Below are positions 1 through 11,795 of a stretch of DNA of 13,737 nt, piece after piece. The DNA lies in NCBI GenBank assembly GCA_030141605.1, contig JAQGDQ010002133.1:1-13737 (forward strand). Reading direction: 5' to 3'. Under the pieces are notes generated by a model that had not been told where the DNA came from, searched no databases, and worked only from the letters and a program-made list of their open reading frames with translations. This stretch comes from Tubiluchus corallicola. Lineage: Eukaryota; Animalia; Priapulida. Made by a program: the position numbers and the translations under genes. The first letter of the stretch is position 1; every line of letters begins with the position of its first letter.

Positions 1-27
1 ATATGGCGTAATCCCAGAGCAATGTCA

Positions 28-1675
<1,648 letters not shown>

Positions 1676-1820
1676 GCCAACTATACGGTACTATAATATT
1701 GCAACTATTCAATACATAATGCAGCTTATATTTAGGAAATAATGAACGTATATTTACTTCAGAGATACTTGCTGTTACTCAATTATTGTTAGCGCCCAGT
1801 AATTCTCATTAGAACATCAG

Positions 1821-1917
1821 ATGATGATGATGATGATGACGATGATCATGATTTACAAGCTCGTGTCCATATTCGTCATCGTCTTTACATCGCGTTTTCC
1901 TTTTTCTGATGCTGAAG
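1821..1917 (+). CDS. Cadherin-like gene, coding exon 1: signal peptide (MMMMMMTMI)MIYKLVSIFVIVFTSRFPFSDAE
   Basis: In-frame TAA upstream at 1800 and ATGs at 1821-1848. Basic residue followed by a hydrophobic core and an S-D-A|E cleavage-like site. Donor GAAG|gtaaat at 1917/1918, phase 1. Confidence 0.7.
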
Positions 1918-2117
1918 GTAAATAAAGTTTTTAAATTGATTTTCTGTTTAACTAAACGTCTGTCACGAACGCGGCCTAGATTTTGTTAGTTTTATCGTTA
2001 CTTCTAATTTTAACCTCTTAGATCTTTGTAAAAAGTTGTAATTTTAGATGTAGGTGGGAAAGCGATTAATGTGCGACTGAAAATCCTAGTTTGCCTTTAT
2101 TTCCCGCATTTTGCCAG

Positions 2118-2162
2118 AAAGAAAATGTATACGAATTGAATTTGCTGATATCGAAATTCCAG
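2118..2162 (+). CDS. Cadherin-like gene, exon 2 (45 nt): (E)RKCIRIEFADIEIP(G), start of EC1
   Basis: Acceptor tttatttcccgcattttgccag| and donor CCAG|gtaatt. Symmetric phase 1-1 and open frame. Supplies a Cys and a beta-strand-like segment immediately after the signal peptide. Confidence 0.65.
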
Positions 2163-2271
2163 GTAATTGTACTGTTTACTACCAACAGAAAACAAAAAGA
2201 TTTAAGACATGCGCGTAGTTGTTAAATAGCATTAGCTGTGTCCGGATGCCGTTAATTAACTTTCTAAGCTA

Positions 2272-2513
2272 ATTATTCAAATATATTGCTAACTTTTATA
2301 GGCAAGAAAATATATATTTCGGATAGTAAATTAAAATGAGATTGAGTCTAAACAATCATCCGGTCTTCCTTTTACTGTATTTGTTCATTCTATAAAAATC
2401 TGTCAAAGGAAAACCGGACGATTGTTTAGACTCAATTTCATTTTAATTTACTGTCCAAAATATACATTTTCTTGCCTATAAAAGTTAGCAATTGTTCTTT
2501 ATATTTGAATAAT
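2272..2513. repeat. Long inverted repeat (foldback / MITE-like)
   Basis: 2272-2372 matches the reverse complement of 2405-2513 with 6 substitutions and one 8-bp indel; the spacer is ~32 nt. Confidence 0.92.
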
Positions 2514-2916
2514 AGAATTCCTTTAGACTTAGGTGTACCAATGATTAAAGTATTACAGACATAATCAACAGATAAACGCTGTCATCTTCACGGTTTTTGA
2601 TCAAAATTCAGTTGCTCACGCTTGACATTCTCGGTTTACAGATTGTGTGCGTCCATCTTCGCAGCCGTTTTCGTTTACCGTCAACGAGACAGCCGAAGTA
2701 GGTGAGTTGGTCACGGACTGATTTTGCTTTTTGTTTGGATGAGTGAGACGACGACGAGACAAGCGAGATAATCGCAAGAGTAACTGAGAGATAGTGCACT
2801 TGTTTCTTATGCAGGAGGTTGTGGGTTCTTAGCTGTTTATCTAAGAAAGTTAAATATACGTACAAGCCGTCCGGTAATGACAAACTCGCTGCTCATAAAC
2901 GTAACATTATCAAAAA

Positions 2917-2919
2917 TTA

Positions 2920-2957
<38 letters not shown>

Positions 2958-2976
2958 GTTGTTGTTGTTGTTGTTG

Positions 2977-3061
<85 letters not shown>

Positions 3062-3205
3062 CATCATCATCATCATCATCATCATCATTACCATCATCAT
3101 CGTCGTCGTCGTCGTCATCGTCGTCATCGTCATCATCATCATCATCATCATCACCACCATTATTATTATTATCGTCATCGTCACCGTCAAAGTCGTCACC
3201 GTTAT

Positions 3206-3274
<69 letters not shown>

Positions 3275-3355
3275 TATTATTATTATTATTATCGTCATCG
3301 TCACCGTCAGCGTCGTCACCGTCATCACCATCATCATCATCATCATCATTATTAT
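2917..3355. repeat. Compound trinucleotide microsatellite (TTA)n(TTG)n(TTA)n(TCA)n(TCG)n(CCA)n
   Basis: Read directly. It produces the poly-Y/H/I/L/S/N/D ORFs in the track. Confidence 0.97.
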
Positions 3356-3602
3356 ACTTTATTTTTGAAAAAAACGACACATTACAAATTCTCTCTATTC
3401 TCAGGGATATGTTTTAAGATTGTTATTAAAAGTATTAACAGAGCTTTAAACACATACAAAGATTACATAGCAAAAGACATCGAACATTTTTAACTACGAG
3501 ATGTCACTGTCTTTACGCCTTTCTCGGGGTTTTATCCAGTCTCTCCTGTACCGGAAGTGCCAGTCATTTCCTGAAAACTTTTAACTGATGTGTTTTTGCA
3601 AG

Positions 3603-3748
3603 GTTTCCAGTTTCCACTTGATGGTAATGATGGAATACCAGGAACATCACAAACAATAATGTTAAATTTCACTGACAATCCACACGATCTTTTCGATTTA
3701 CTTCCGGATCCTCACAGACTAGAGTTAAAGGTTGATTTGAAAGAATGG
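3603..3748 (+). CDS. Cadherin-like gene, exon 3: (G)FQFPLDGNDGIPGTSQTIMLNFTDNPHDLFDLLPDPHRLELKVDLKEW (EC1 middle)
   Basis: Lies within ORF 3590-3826. Acceptor ttaactgatgtgtttttgcaag| is phase 1 and matches exon 2; donor TGG|gtaaga is phase 0. Non-repetitive, protein-like composition with an NFT sequon. The 5' boundary is less certain than the 3'. Confidence 0.78.
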
Positions 3749-3769
3749 GTAAGAATTTCAATGATTCCT

Positions 3770-4123
3770 GCGATTGATGATGATCGTGACATTTTTCCAT
3801 TACGTCTGCGCGTGTTAAGCACGTGAAAACGAAGCGCCATCTATGCTAGTTTTAATCATTTAATTCAACTCAAGAGATGCTATATGCCAGATTTATGTAA
3901 ACAATAACCTTGTCAATAAGTCTTGTCACAGTTTCAGCGATTGATGATGATCGTGACATTTTTCCATTACGTCTGTGCGTGTTAAACACGTGAAAACGAA
4001 GCGCCATCTATGCTAGTTTTAATCATTTAATTCAACTCAACAGATGCTATATGCCAGATTTATGTAAACAATAACCTTGTCAATAAGTCTTTTCACAGTT
4101 TCAGCGATTGATGATGATCGTGA
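3770..4123. repeat. Tandem duplication, 167-bp unit, 2.1 copies
   Basis: GCGATTGATGATGATCGTGA starts at 3770, 3937 and 4104. The two full copies differ at 4 positions by my comparison. Confidence 0.95.
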
Positions 4124-4607
4124 AAAGGTCAAAGGTTATGTGTACCAGATTGCTCGAAGCTCATGCTATTTTGTACTAACAGTTTTAACAGCTAGCAAGA
4201 ACCTTACCTAGTTCATTTTTCTTGTTCCCAAGCAAGGTCCTGTTAGTGTATCACTCTATGCACAGACTAATATATAATTAAGCAAAGTCCACTTAAAAGA
4301 ACAGAAGTTACTGAACTGACGCAGCAGACAGCTTTGCTTTGCCCACTTGTCACGTGCCGGTTATAGTTAAGACGCGTTGCTGTGGTACTCTTAACCATTG
4401 ACCTACAGCAGCTGCGCATGCGCACAGCGAAACTGTGAAAGAGCTTATTATTTAGTATTAAAATTTGAATAAAATTTGAGCTAGTTTTGAATATAGACCA
4501 AACCGCACGGAATTTTCAGAGTCACTCAGTGTCAGTTCAATCTCAGTTCAAGATCATTCAAGGTCAGTTCAAGATGATGAATGAGTAGGTGGTGTGAGCA
4601 GTGTTAA

Positions 4608-5110
4608 GATGAGGTGAGGTAAGGCAAAGGAAGTGAAGTGAAATGAAGTGAATTGAAGTGAAACTAAATGAAGTGAAGTGATATGAAATGAAGTGATATG
4701 AAATGAAATGAAGTGATATGAAATGAAATAAAGTGAAAAGAAACGAAGTGAAAAAAGTGAAATGAAATAAAGTGAACTGCAGCAAAGGGAAATGGAATCT
4801 AAAAAGTGGACTGAATTGAAGTGAAAAAAGTGAAGTGATATGAAATGAAGTGAAGTGAAAAGAAACGAAGTGAAAAAAGTGAAGTGAAATAAAGTGAACT
4901 GCAGCAAAGAGAAATGGATAAAAAACTGAATTGAAGTGAAAAAATTGAAGTGAAATGAAGTGAACTGAACCGAATTGAAGTGAAATGAAAAGAAATAAAG
5001 TGAATTGAACTGAAATGAAGTGAAATAAAGTAAATAGAAATGAAGGGAAGTGAGGTGACGTGAAGTGCAGTGAAGTAAAGTGAATAAAATGAAGTGAAAT
5101 GAAATGAAAA
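4608..5110. repeat. Degenerate pentanucleotide satellite (GTGAA/ATGAA)n with an internal ~122-bp duplication
   Basis: 5-bp periodicity. The block AAACGAAGTGAAAAAAGTGAA...GAACTGCAGCAAAG recurs at 4741 and 4863. Confidence 0.93.
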
Positions 5111-5175
5111 TCATGTAAAGCAATGTTAGATGTAGAGTAACTTCATATTTTTTACATTTTTTTATTTGTTTACAG

Positions 5176-5253
5176 ATAAACACGGGAATATCTCACGAGA
5201 TTTTAAATGAGCCTCTTACTGTAAAGATTTCCTGCACCTCAGGAGCAAAAAAG
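5176..5253 (+). CDS. Cadherin-like gene, exon 4: INTGISHEILNEPLTVKISCTSGAKK
   Basis: Strong acceptor ttttttatttgtttacag| and donor AAG|gtaccc. 78 nt, phase 0-0, bridges exons 3 and 5 in frame. LTVKISC fits the cadherin F strand. Confidence 0.75.
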
Positions 5254-5347
5254 GTACCCACGTTTGGTTTTATGATATTACAACAGCCGTTGAATGTTAA
5301 CAGAAATAACAAGCCACTCAGTACGTTGGGTTTATTTTACTGTTTAT

Positions 5348-5731
5348 TTTAAACATTTATAAGTGATTTAATTGGATAAAATTCAGAAAACCACACCCTC
5401 TTCAAGCACTCGAGCTTAGCTTATTGAGTAGCTTAGTCTGGTGCACACTTCCGTGATCGCATACACTATTTTATTGATTGCCTGTTTGCTGCAGCACAAG
5501 CTGTGCATTGTTCTGCTGCTATTCCAGGAAAAACCAACCAATCAGCCAAAGTAAATTAAGAAAAACACGCCCTCTTCAGTCACTCCAACTTAGCCTATTG
5601 AGTAGATTAGTCTGGTGTATACTTGCGTGATCGTACACGCTATTTTGTTCATCACCTGTTTGCTACAGCCCAAGCTGTGCAGTGTTCTGTTGCTATACCA
5701 GAAAAAACCAACCGATCCGTCAGGGAGAAAT
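5348..5731. repeat. Diverged ~175-200 bp repeat, copies A (~5348-5547) and B (~5553-5731)
   Basis: Shared cores CTTAGC(C/T)TATTGAGTAG.TTAGTCTGGTG, TGATCG, CAAGCTGTGCA and AAAACCAACC; offset ~174 bp. Confidence 0.88.
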
Positions 5732-6482
5732 TATCTCTTAAACTTAGAAAAACATACCAAAGAAATTACCAATTTCTAGGAAATTGGTGTCCTTCCTGTA
5801 AGACGGTGACCAAACTGCATTACCATATCCCAATATCGGTCTTACTAATGTGGTGTATTGTGGCAAAAACGTGTCATTGTCCATGTAGTCAATGAGCGTT
5901 TCATCATTCCGACTATTCTGTTTCCCTTACTATCTACTGTTTCAGCATGCTCGTCGAATTTCAGTTTTACCTACATTAACTCCTATATCTTTCTCACTCA
6001 CCGTTTCGTTTTAGCCTAAAAGCTTACATAAAGCTTAAAAAATTCGTCTTGAAATTTGATGTCATTTACATGCGGTCTTGTTGCATACAGAGCTAGCATA
6101 GTAACGCTGTATAAAACTTTTGCATAACCGTTATAATAACGACCCTAAGCGCAGCCACTTTAACAATGTGGCTGGAATCAGTGGTGCGCACTGAGGTGGT
6201 GATGCAGTGGCGGTTTGTCAGGTGGCGCAACCATTTTAATATATTAAGAATTTTCCATTCCAGTTATTTGAGTTTTTTATATAGGCAAGTGTGTTACTAA
6301 GTAATATAACTTTGCATGGAAAAGAGTTCTTTGAAGTTTCATTTTATTTTTATTTTTATTTTCTTCTCATTAACCCCTTATAAGACCTATGACTTTCCTG
6401 CTACTGTATGTGTACAGACATAACTAACTGATTACAAATCAGGTACTTTAGGAGAATCTTGGTTATCCAATCATGCTATTTG

Positions 6483-6680
6483 TTTAAACATTTATGAGCG
6501 ATTTAATTGGATAAAATTAAGAAAAGCATGTCCATTTCAGGCATTGCAACTTAGCCTATTAAGTAGCTTAGTCTGGTGTACACTTACATGATCGTACACA
6601 CTATTTCATTTATTGCTACAACCCAAGCTGTGCAGAGTTCTGCTGGTGTTCCGGGAAAACCAACCGATAAGGAGAAATTA
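6483..6680. repeat. Third copy (C) of the ~175-200 bp repeat
   Basis: TTTAAACATTTAT...GATTTAATTGGATAAAATT matches the 5' end of copy A. GGAGAAATTA matches the 3' end of copy B. Same internal cores. Confidence 0.88.
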
Positions 6681-7079
6681 AGGTCGTTTAAGCTTATAGT
6701 AGGAATTTCTCTGTAAAAATAGAGTAGACTTCAGGCCAAAGTTTATCAGAGTGTTGTGTCTGGATAGTTGAAATTTTCTGCATTAGCCGATTTCACACAA
6801 ATGATACTGTACATTGTTATAGTGCAAACAATGCAGTTACTGAAAGCTTTCTTCAATTGTTTCGTCAAAAATCGATTTTTATTTCGTCTCTGGTAACAAA
6901 TGCATGTCATATATAATTTTGCACGAATATCCTATATGAGGAGTAGAAACCTACAAAAATTATCAAATATAACGTAATCGTTGTTTAGTGAGAGCAGTTT
7001 TTCACGAACCTATGCAAAAAGTAGCAAACTTTTACTGTCCTAAAGGAGTTAATTCAAATTATTTTATGAAATCTTGCAG

Positions 7080-7166
7080 GTTGAAATTAAAGTCTTTGTC
7101 AGAATCATAGACGTCAATGATGCACCTTACTTCACCGAACCTGTACAGACGAAAAATGTTCTTGCT
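7080..7166 (+). CDS. Cadherin-like gene, exon 5: VEIKVFVRIIDVNDAPYFTEPVQTKNVLA (EC1 G strand and EC1-2 linker)
   Basis: Acceptor atcttgcag| and donor GCT|gtatgt. 87 nt, phase 0-0. VxVxxxDVND(A)PxF matches the cadherin DxNDxxPxF calcium-binding linker, one residue shorter than canonical. Confidence 0.9.
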
Positions 7167-8742
7167 GTATGTAATAATAAGTTTATTTATCTGCATTACA
7201 ACGAAAGGGTTGAATTACAGAACAGCATAAAATTAAAAAATATCTTTTTTTAAAAAGAATAAGCAAGGTAGAACATACAACGACAATTGTGGAAGTTGGA
7301 ATTGTACATTGTAATTAGGTGCTGCCATCTATGTGCTAATCTTGTTACATTCTACCAGCTGACTTACCTTCAGTATAATTGTATGGTCCAGTGACTACAT
7401 ACACACTGGTCCTCTCCCTATCTAGAATTAATGGTTGTTGTGAAGCCTGTGCAACTGTGCATAGGTCAAGTTCTATACCTGTATACTGGCTGTGAAACAG
7501 GTTTTACTGACTGTTTTTTGCTTTCTAGTTTTTGCTCAATGTTCAGTGGAGCACTTTTGCTACTCATGTTTTCTCCATAAACACTAAATAAACACTTTTC
7601 TGTTGTGTGCAGTGCAAATATTTATTATAGATTTTTGGTTCCTATCGATACTTCTCTGTGCCCAAATTCATTCATAACAAAGTGACTGAACAACAACTTC
7701 AAAAATGACTTTCACAACAATCACTATTACACTGTTACAAGATAAATTAATTTTAAATTAAAATTAAATCAGTCAAAATTTAAGTTTGGAAATTTGATAA
7801 ACCACATGAGATAAAACTGTTCTTGAATCTCTGTGTTCTGCATCTAGGTAAGGGGAGGGGTATTTCAAATGGTGGCGAGTGCTGTATCTGTGAGTTTTGA
7901 TCATCTGGCAATAGAGGGAGGATTTTATTATTAGAATTTTGAATTGATAAGAACATGTTTTTGCAAGAATCTTTGTCACGGTTAAATAAAGGATGAAGAT
8001 CAGGAGAGTATTTGCGTAGTTTTCATTTGGAAAAATTATGCCTTCTTCTTGTATATACATACAGTACATCCTCTAATTAATGATCTTTTGTTACGTATTA
8101 GATGTGTTAATAAGTTATTAGCATTTTGTAATGAATCACTGTTCTCAGTGTTAGGGGCTCATTGGATAGCTCACAAACTCATTTGGTGTACTCTAGAAAT
8201 TGCCAAGTAATGCTAGTAAACTACAAAGTCGATGCTATGCTTGCCTGTTTAGTCAAGGTATTGACGTCAATGACGTAACTGTGACGCACTGCAAAACGGT
8301 TCCTGCATCACATGAAAATTTAGGTCTTCAAATAATTTTTTTACAGTTTCGAAAACAATAAATCAGGCAAGAAGTTAAGATAGCTGTTAAGCAACTAGCT
8401 GTGAGCATAAGTACACTTATAAATAAACTAATCACATGCTGTTTTTGTGTTCAGACTGACTGCATATCAAATCAAATAATCGCTCTATGGCCTAATTTAC
8501 TTTTCATAACTATGACATAATCAACACGCGCGTACCAGAAAAAATAGTTCCTCCGACAACATTGGTTGTAATTTCACTAGTGCGGTCGGAATACGTTGTG
8601 AACATTTCAAGGCGCTTTTATATCAATAATGACATCTGCAATAATATCGCTATAGGACGAGGTAATAAAACCATATCATCTGCGTATGTACATCACAAGT
8701 TTTTGTTTCATTGTACACGTCTTTGACAGAAAATTAATAACA

Positions 8743-9193
<451 letters not shown>

Positions 9194-9210
9194 TAATATT
9201 AATTTGACAG

Positions 9211-9315
9211 GTTTCTGTTGTTGGAACAAAACTGTTTGACTTTGAATGGCACGATGAAGATTTTTCAGAACCAAACAACGTAACTCTTGTCGAAATGCAA
9301 CAAAATAAATTTACG
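9211..9315 (+). CDS. Cadherin-like gene, exon 6: VSVVGTKLFDFEWHDEDFSEPNNVTLVEMQQNKFT (EC2)
   Basis: Acceptor tttgacag| and consensus donor ACG|gtaagt. 105 nt, phase 0-0. VGT...DED matches the cadherin GT-x(7-8)-DxD pattern; NVT sequon. Confidence 0.85.
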
Positions 9316-9565
9316 GTAAGTTAACGAATTTATGTTGTTCCTACAAACCCCATCTTCAAAAGGAAAACAAGATGAAATCTGCTTTCCTCAGCATCCACAT
9401 ATTAAACCTTTGACAAATGATGTTCAGATACTTATTTATTTGTTTGTTTGTTTGTTTGTTTATTTGTTTACGTATTTTATTCTATTTTCTTTCACATTCA
9501 TTAAAAATATAAGCTAAAGTTGACAATTTCCCTCACACAAGAAATTAGTTTGTGAAGCGGATTAT

Positions 9566-10822
9566 GATTAGGGTTAAGATTAGGATTAGGGTTAGGCTTG
9601 GAGGTTAGAGTTTGGGTTAGGATTAGGGTTAGGCTTGGAGGTTAGAGTTTGGGTTAAGATTAGGATTAGGGTTAGGCTTGGAGGTTAGAGTTTGGGTTAA
9701 GATTAGGATTAGGGTTAGGGTTAGAGGTTAGGGTTAGGGTTAGGGTTAGGGTTAGAGGTTAGGGTTAGGGTTAGGATTAGGGTTAGGGTTAGGATTAAGG
9801 TTAGGGTTAGGATTAGGGTTAGGGTTAGAGGTTAGAGTTTGGGTTAGGATTAGGGTTAGGCATGGAGGTTAGAGTTTGGGTTAGGATTAGGGTTAGGCAT
9901 GGAGGTTAGTTTGGGGATTAGGGTTAGGGTTAGGCTTGGAGGTTAGAGTTTGGGTTAAGATTAGGATTAGGGTTAGGCATGGAGGTTAGAGTTTGGGTTA
10001 GGATTAGGGTTAGGCTTGGAGGTTAGAGTTAGGGTTAGGGTTAGGATTAGGTTGAGGTTAGAGTTGGGTTAAGATTAGATTAGGGTTAGGATTAGTGTTG
10101 AGTTTGGGTTAGGATTAGGGTTAGGGTTAGGGTTAGAGGTTAGAGTTTGGGTTAAGATTAGGATTAGGGTTAGGCTTGGAGGTTAGAGTTTGGGTTAGGA
10201 TTAGGGTTAGGGTTAGAGGTTAGAGTTTGGGTTAGGATTAGGGTTAGGGTTTAGGGTTAGGGTTAGGATTAGGGTTAGGATTAGGGTTAGGATTAGGGTT
10301 AGGGTTAGGATTAGGGTTAGGCTTGGAGGTTAGAGTTTGGGTTAAGATTAGGATTAGGGTTAGGGTTAGGGTTAGGGTTTGGGTTAGGATTAGGGTTAGG
10401 GTTAGGGTTAGGATTAGGGTTAGGGTTAGGGTTAGGGTTTGGGTTAGGGTTAGGATTAGGGTTAAGGTTTGGGTTAGGATTAGGGTTAGGGTTGGGTTAG
10501 GGTTAGGGTTAGCATTAGGGATAGGGTTAAGACTGGGGTTAGGGTTGGGTTGGGGTTAGGGTTAGGGTTAGCATTAGGGATAGGGTTAGGATTAGGGTTA
10601 CTGTTGGGTTAGGGTTAGGGTTAGCATTAGGGATAGGGTTAGGATTAGGGTTAGGATTGGGTTAGGGTTGGGGTTAGGGTTAGCGTTAGGGATAGGATCA
10701 GGATTAGGGGTTAGGGTTAGGGTTATGTTAGCATTAGGGATAGGGTTAGGATTGCAGTTATGGATAGGGTTAGGGTTGGGGTTGCGGTTAGCATTATAGA
10801 TTGGGTATGGTTGGGTTAGGGT
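9566..10822 (+). repeat. Degenerate interstitial telomere-like (TTAGGG)n array with higher-order variant units
   Basis: TTAGGG interspersed with TTAGGA, TTAGAG, TTTGGG, TTGGAG, TTAGCA and ATAGGG. Flanked by unique sequence on both sides. Confidence 0.95.
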
Positions 10823-11520
10823 TTTAAGTTTTAAGTTCAACTTTCAGGCTTAACCGCTTTGTTCACGCATGAAATTTTGTAGTACGTCACAACTGAACAC
10901 CTCTGAACAGAGAAGTACAGCACTTGTTTTTCGAGATGCGGGCGCTATTACCCTTAACCATTTTTCATATACTACTCCACTTTCAAGTCCGATAAAAAGT
11001 ATACATTTTAACACAATTAATACAGCATAAGCGTTTCTGATAATTAAATAATACATTGAAAACTTAATTAATGCAAGGCGAGCCCAACTATTGATGACAT
11101 CACAAACTAACATAATTTTCAACATTTTTTCAACATGAAAAAATATTCGAAGAGCGTGTTGCACGTGTTTGTGAAAGTGAAAATTGAAGTGCAGCGCTAC
11201 TGTAAGATATTCAGTGTGTTGCACAAAACTAGGCAAGTTTTCAGATAAAAATTCAAATTTCAAATTTATCGCTGTGCTGACGCATGAGCTGTCGAATGTG
11301 TGCAGCTCGTCACAAATGAACAGCTCTAAACCGAGAGGTACAGAACTCACAGAGCAGTCCACACAGAAACCTCGTTAGTCTAAACGCTCCTTAAAGTGTA
11401 GCCAACTACCGGTTGGAAACTACAGACAAATTGTCGATAGATGGCACCACATGATCGGTGCAGTATACCATAAGAATGTGCAGAATTTACACCACCAGTT
11501 TTGCCATTTTTAACTTTTAG

Positions 11521-11631
11521 CAATATATCTCGATGCAATTGGAAACTAACAGGACGGCTGGCAGTTTACTTGTGAATAAAAGTCTTGAGGCAATAGACGT
11601 GTCTTCGTTCATGATTGTATTGAAAGTTCAG
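11521..11631 (+). CDS. Cadherin-like gene, exon 7: QYISMQLETNRTAGSLLVNKSLEAIDVSSFMIVLKVQ (EC2 D-F strands)
   Basis: Acceptor ccatttttaacttttag| and consensus donor CAG|gtaagt. 111 nt, phase 0-0. G-x-L-x-V-x-x-x-L followed by F-x-I-x-L-x-V fits the cadherin E and F strands; NRT and NKS sequons. Confidence 0.82.
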
Positions 11632-11795
11632 GTAAGTCACAGTTCTAACAGAAGACATTATTTGATGGATTTAATTTTAATTAAATTTAATTGAATTTAA
11701 AGATTATTTTGGTACGTAAAATTGATTCCGATTTCATACACATAATTCATTTGGAAAGCTAGAGTTCATAAGAGACAAATTTCCCTACTGTTACA

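Noticed and set aside
2608-2883. 91-aa minus-strand ORF in a slightly GC-richer patch
   Set aside because: No recognisable motif or convincing splice structure; length compatible with chance.
2819-3493. Overlapping poly-Y/H/I/L/S/N/D/M ORFs on both strands
   Set aside because: Artefacts of the compound trinucleotide array.
3749-3826. 3' tail of ORF 3590-3826
   Set aside because: Lies after the TGG|gtaaga donor and runs into the 167-bp duplication, so it is intronic.
3770-4123. CRISPR-like repeat-spacer pattern
   Set aside because: The 'spacers' are near-identical 147-bp copies, there are no cas genes, and the context is a eukaryotic intron.
4564-5183. F/H/S/L/T-rich minus-strand ORFs
   Set aside because: Translations of the (TTCAC/TTCAT)n pentamer satellite.
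5623-5895. 90-aa ORF with several Cys/His
   Set aside because: Overlaps repeat copy B, the frame is disrupted by indels in copy C, and there is no recognisable zinc-finger spacing.
6150-6235. Small hairpins and a CAGTGGCGG end resembling an hAT-type TIR
   Set aside because: No matching opposite TIR or TSD found in the window, and no tRNA cloverleaf.
7773-8069. 98-aa minus-strand ORF
   Set aside because: AT-rich intronic composition and no motif.
9566-10822. True chromosome end; VR/GL/NP-repeat ORFs
   Set aside because: The array is degenerate and followed by unique sequence and a further exon. The ORFs are repeat translations.
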